The position numbers were made by a program, and so were the translations under genes. Under the pieces are notes generated by a model. It did no database searches and was not told the DNA's origin. It worked only from the letters and a program-made list of their open reading frames with translations. This document shows positions 61,085-64,000 of a DNA stretch of 64,000 bases, one piece after another; position 1 is the stretch's first letter; each line of letters begins with the position of its first letter. This DNA is from an uncultured Phycisphaerales bacterium (lineage in GTDB: Bacteria; Planctomycetota; Phycisphaerae; Tepidisphaerales; Tepidisphaeraceae): NCBI GenBank assembly GCA_963844715.1, contig CAWJPJ010000007.1:320001-384000 (forward strand), read 5' to 3'.

Positions 61085-63160
61085 ATGCCCCCCTTTGAAG
61101 TCGTCAGTTCATTTCAGCCCCAGGGCGATCAGCCGCAGGCGATCGACAAACTCGCCGCCGGCGTCCGCGCCGGCCAACGCTTCCAAACCCTCATGGGCGT
61201 CACCGGATCCGGGAAAACCTTCACCATGGCCCACGCCATCGCCCGGCTGCAGAAACCCGCCCTCGTCATCTCCCACAACAAAACTCTTGCCGCCCAGCTC
61301 TACGAGGAGTTCAAGGAATTATTCCCCCAAAACGCCGTCGGATATTTCGTCAGCTATTACGATTACTACCAGCCCGAGGCGTACATCCCCCAGCGCGACA
61401 TCTACATCGAAAAAGACGCCAGCCGAAATGACGATCTCGACCGCCTCCGTCTCTCCGCCACCAGCAACCTCGTCAGCCGCCCGGATGTCCTCCTCGTCGC
61501 CTCCGTCTCCTGCATCTTCGGCCTCGGTTCCCCAACCGATTATAAAGCCTCCGTCCTGCCGATTCGCAAAAATGAAACCATCGACCGCGACGAAATGCTC
61601 CGCAAGCTGATCGATCTCCAGTACGCCCGCAACGACATCGACTTCAAACGCGGCACCTTCCGCGTCCGCGGCGACGTCGTCGAACTCCATCCCTCCTACG
61701 AGGAATTCGCCTATCGCCTCGAACTCTTCGGCGACGAAATCACCGCCATCGACGCCATTAATCCCCTCACCGGCGAACTGTTGCGCAGCGAGGATCAGAT
61801 CTTCATCTACCCCGCCGTGCATTATGTGATCCCCGAGGAGCGCGTCCACGGCGCCGTCCGTTCCATCCGCGAGGAATTGGAACTGCAGGTCATGAACCTC
61901 CGCGGCCAGGGCAAACTCCTCGAAGCCCAACGCCTCCTCGCTCGCACCAAATACGATTTGGAGATGATCCTCGAAGTCGGCTATTGCTCGGGAATCGAAA
62001 ACTACAGCCGCCATCTGGACGGCCGCAAGCCCGGCGAAAAGCCCTACACACTGATCGATTATTTCCCGAAGGATTTCCTCCTCTTCATCGACGAATCCCA
62101 CGTGACACTCCCGCAGCTCCACGCCATGTACAACGGCGACCGCCAGCGCAAGCAGGTCCTCGTCGATCACGGCTTCCGTCTCCCCAGCGCCATGGACAAT
62201 CGCCCCCTCAAGTTCGAGGAATTCCGCGACATGTGGCAGCAGGTCGTCTTCGTCTCCGCCACCCCCGGCAAATACGAATTGGAATCCACCGGCGGCGAAA
62301 TCGTCGAACAGGTCATCCGGCCCACCGGCCTCGTCGACCCCGTAATCATCCTCCATTCCGCCCAGGGTCAGGTCCCCCATCTCCTGGAGCAAATCAAAAT
62401 CCGCGCCCGAAGAGGCGAGCGCGTCCTCGTCACGACACTAACCAAGCGATTGGCCGAGGATCTCAGCGCTTACATCCAGGAGGCCGGCATCCGCGGCCGT
62501 TACCTTCACAGCGAAATCCAAACCCTCGAACGCGTGGAAATCCTGACCGACCTTCGCAAGGGAGATTTCGACGTCCTCGTCGGCATCAATCTTCTCCGCG
62601 AAGGCCTCGACCTCCCCGAAGTCTCCTTGGTCGCGATCCTCGACGCCGACAAAGCCGGCTTCCTCCGCAGCGAAACCTCCCTCATCCAAACCATCGGCCG
62701 AGCCGCCAGAAACGTCAACGCCGAGGTGATTCTCTACGGCGATCAGATCACCCCCGCCATGCAAAAAGCCATGGACGAGACCGAGCGCCGCCGAAAAATG
62801 CAGTTGCAATACAACGCCGACCACGGCATCACCCCCCAGACCATCCAAAAAGCCATCCGCACCAGCATCGAATCCGAAATGAAAGCCCACCGCGCTACCC
62901 GCGACGCCATCCACGAAACCACCGATCAATTCGATCAATCCGAACTGATCAGGCTGCTGGAAGAAGAAATGCTAGAAGCCGCCAAAAATCTCGAATTCGA
63001 ACGAGCCGCCCAACTCCGCGACAAGGTCAACGAACTAAAAGGCGTCCCCGTCATCCGCAGCGGCCGAACCTGGGAACCCCAGGTCGTCGATTCCGACCAG
63101 CGAGTAAAAATCTGGCGGCCGAGAAGCAAAGGCCGCGGCGGCAAGCGAACCGCGCAGTAA
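61085..63160 (+). CDS. uvrB: Excinuclease ABC subunit B
   Basis: [47 protein letters not shown]. Confidence 0.98.
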   Translation: MPPFEVVSSFQPQGDQPQAIDKLAAGVRAGQRFQTLMGVTGSGKTFTMAHAIARLQKPALVISHNKTLAAQLYEEFKELFPQNAVGYFVSYYDYYQPEAYIPQRDIYIEKDASRNDDLDRLRLSATSNLVSRPDVLLVASVSCIFGLGSPTDYKASVLPIRKNETIDRDEMLRKLIDLQYARNDIDFKRGTFRVRGDVVELHPSYEEFAYRLELFGDEITAIDAINPLTGELLRSEDQIFIYPAVHYVIPEERVHGAVRSIREELELQVMNLRGQGKLLEAQRLLARTKYDLEMILEVGYCSGIENYSRHLDGRKPGEKPYTLIDYFPKDFLLFIDESHVTLPQLHAMYNGDRQRKQVLVDHGFRLPSAMDNRPLKFEEFRDMWQQVVFVSATPGKYELESTGGEIVEQVIRPTGLVDPVIILHSAQGQVPHLLEQIKIRARRGERVLVTTLTKRLAEDLSAYIQEAGIRGRYLHSEIQTLERVEILTDLRKGDFDVLVGINLLREGLDLPEVSLVAILDADKAGFLRSETSLIQTIGRAARNVNAEVILYGDQITPAMQKAMDETERRRKMQLQYNADHGITPQTIQKAIRTSIESEMKAHRATRDAIHETTDQFDQSELIRLLEEEMLEAAKNLEFERAAQLRDKVNELKGVPVIRSGRTWEPQVVDSDQRVKIWRPRSKGRGGKRTAQ

Positions 63161-63182
63161 GGTAAAAATGGGCAGGTGCGAT

Positions 63183-63482
63183 ATGCGCGAAATTAAAGGC
63201 GATTTTCCCATCGCTATTCACCCGGGAGAAACCCTACAGGAAATGCTCGACGAGCGCATGATTTCCCAGTCCCGCCTCGCAAAGCATCTCCGAACCGACG
63301 TCGCCCGGATCAACGAAATCTGCCGCCGCCGCCGCGGAATCTCCGCCTCCATGGCCGTCCTACTCGGCAAAGCCCTTGGAATGTCCCCCGGGCTCTGGAT
63401 GAATTTGCAGAAAAATTGGGAATTGAGCCAGGTCGACACCCGCACCGCCCGATCCATCCGACCCCTCCGCAGATCCGCTTAA
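63183..63482 (+). CDS. HigA-family addiction module antitoxin (orphan)
   Basis: IHPGETL, SQSRLA, RINEI, WMNLQ. Confidence 0.88.
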   Translation: MREIKGDFPIAIHPGETLQEMLDERMISQSRLAKHLRTDVARINEICRRRRGISASMAVLLGKALGMSPGLWMNLQKNWELSQVDTRTARSIRPLRRSA

Positions 63483-63580
63483 ACCTCGTCCCACCGATCA
63501 TTCGTGAAAGCCAACAGATAGCCATCCGTTGGGTCCTCCCGCGCGTGTATAATATATTGTGGACTGCGGAGAATCCGAAT

Positions 63581-64000
63581 ATGAGCATCGCCTCTCAATT
63601 CCCTCCCTTCGAAGAAGTCACCCCCATCATCCAGTTGGCCCGTCGTGAGGATTTGCACGAGGACGACGTCACCAGCCGCCTCATGATCCCCGCCGATGCC
63701 GTCGGCGTCGGAACGCTCACGCAAAAAGAAGTCGGCATCACCTGCGGCCTCCCCATCGTCGAAATGGTCTGCAGCATCTACGACTCCCGCCTGCGCGTCG
63801 AGCCCATCCCCGGCTTCCATTTCGACATCATCGAAGGCCGCTTCTGCGAAGCCCGCAGCCAACCCCTGGTCCGAATCCGCGGCCCCCTCCGTTCCCTCCT
63901 CTCCGCCGAGCGCGTCCTGTTGAATTTCATGCAGCACTTATCCGGCGTGGCGAGTCTCACCCAGCGCTTCGTCCGCCGCGTCGAAGGAACCGGCGCGAAA
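63581..64000 (+). CDS. nadC: Quinolinate phosphoribosyltransferase (3'-truncated by the window edge)
   Basis: Hand translation ARREDLHEDDVTS...LLSAERVLLNFMQHLSGVASLT. Confidence 0.9.
   Translation, partial: MSIASQFPPFEEVTPIIQLARREDLHEDDVTSRLMIPADAVGVGTLTQKEVGITCGLPIVEMVCSIYDSRLRVEPIPGFHFDIIEGRFCEARSQPLVRIRGPLRSLLSAERVLLNFMQHLSGVASLTQRFVRRVEGTGAK

Noticed and set aside
63545..63565. GTGTATAATATATTGTGG as a dif site or NrdR box
   Set aside because: The XerD arm is a poor match and no nrd genes are nearby. It is simplest as the nadC -10 element.

Overview
High-GC bacterial chromosomal segment, most likely Planctomycetota (Phycisphaerae-like). The support is the EF-Tu effector loop [16 protein letters not shown], a DUF1559-type prepilin protein, a VPLP/PEP-CTERM protein and three Hanks-type kinases. 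Single-base indels are frequent even in tuf, purC, lysA and gltBD, so most frameshifts are probably uncorrected read errors. Coordinates of joined genes are therefore approximate. Core content: pilT-like ATPase, tRNA-Thr-tuf-rpmG-tRNA-Trp-secE-nusG, purH, trmB, gltB/gltD, fused IOR, HtrA, sppA, lysA, purC, uvrB and nadC. The best candidates for unusual biology are: (1) an ABC-transporter-less export module (MFP, GAF-MFP, PqqD/RRE-M50 protease-MFP, short SecA paralog, two GT4 glycosyltransferases) at 43.6-52.8 kb; (2) a lower-GC island encoding a patatin-GAF phospholipase plus a coupled small gene, with an IS5 inserted 5 bp above its start codon; (3) a HEPN gene plus BolA-like gene wedged between gltB and gltD; (4) nested and in-frame palindromic repeats together with local GC-skew switches; (5) two apparent pseudo-enzymes (amidase_2 and GH10). 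No rRNA or CRISPR array was seen.
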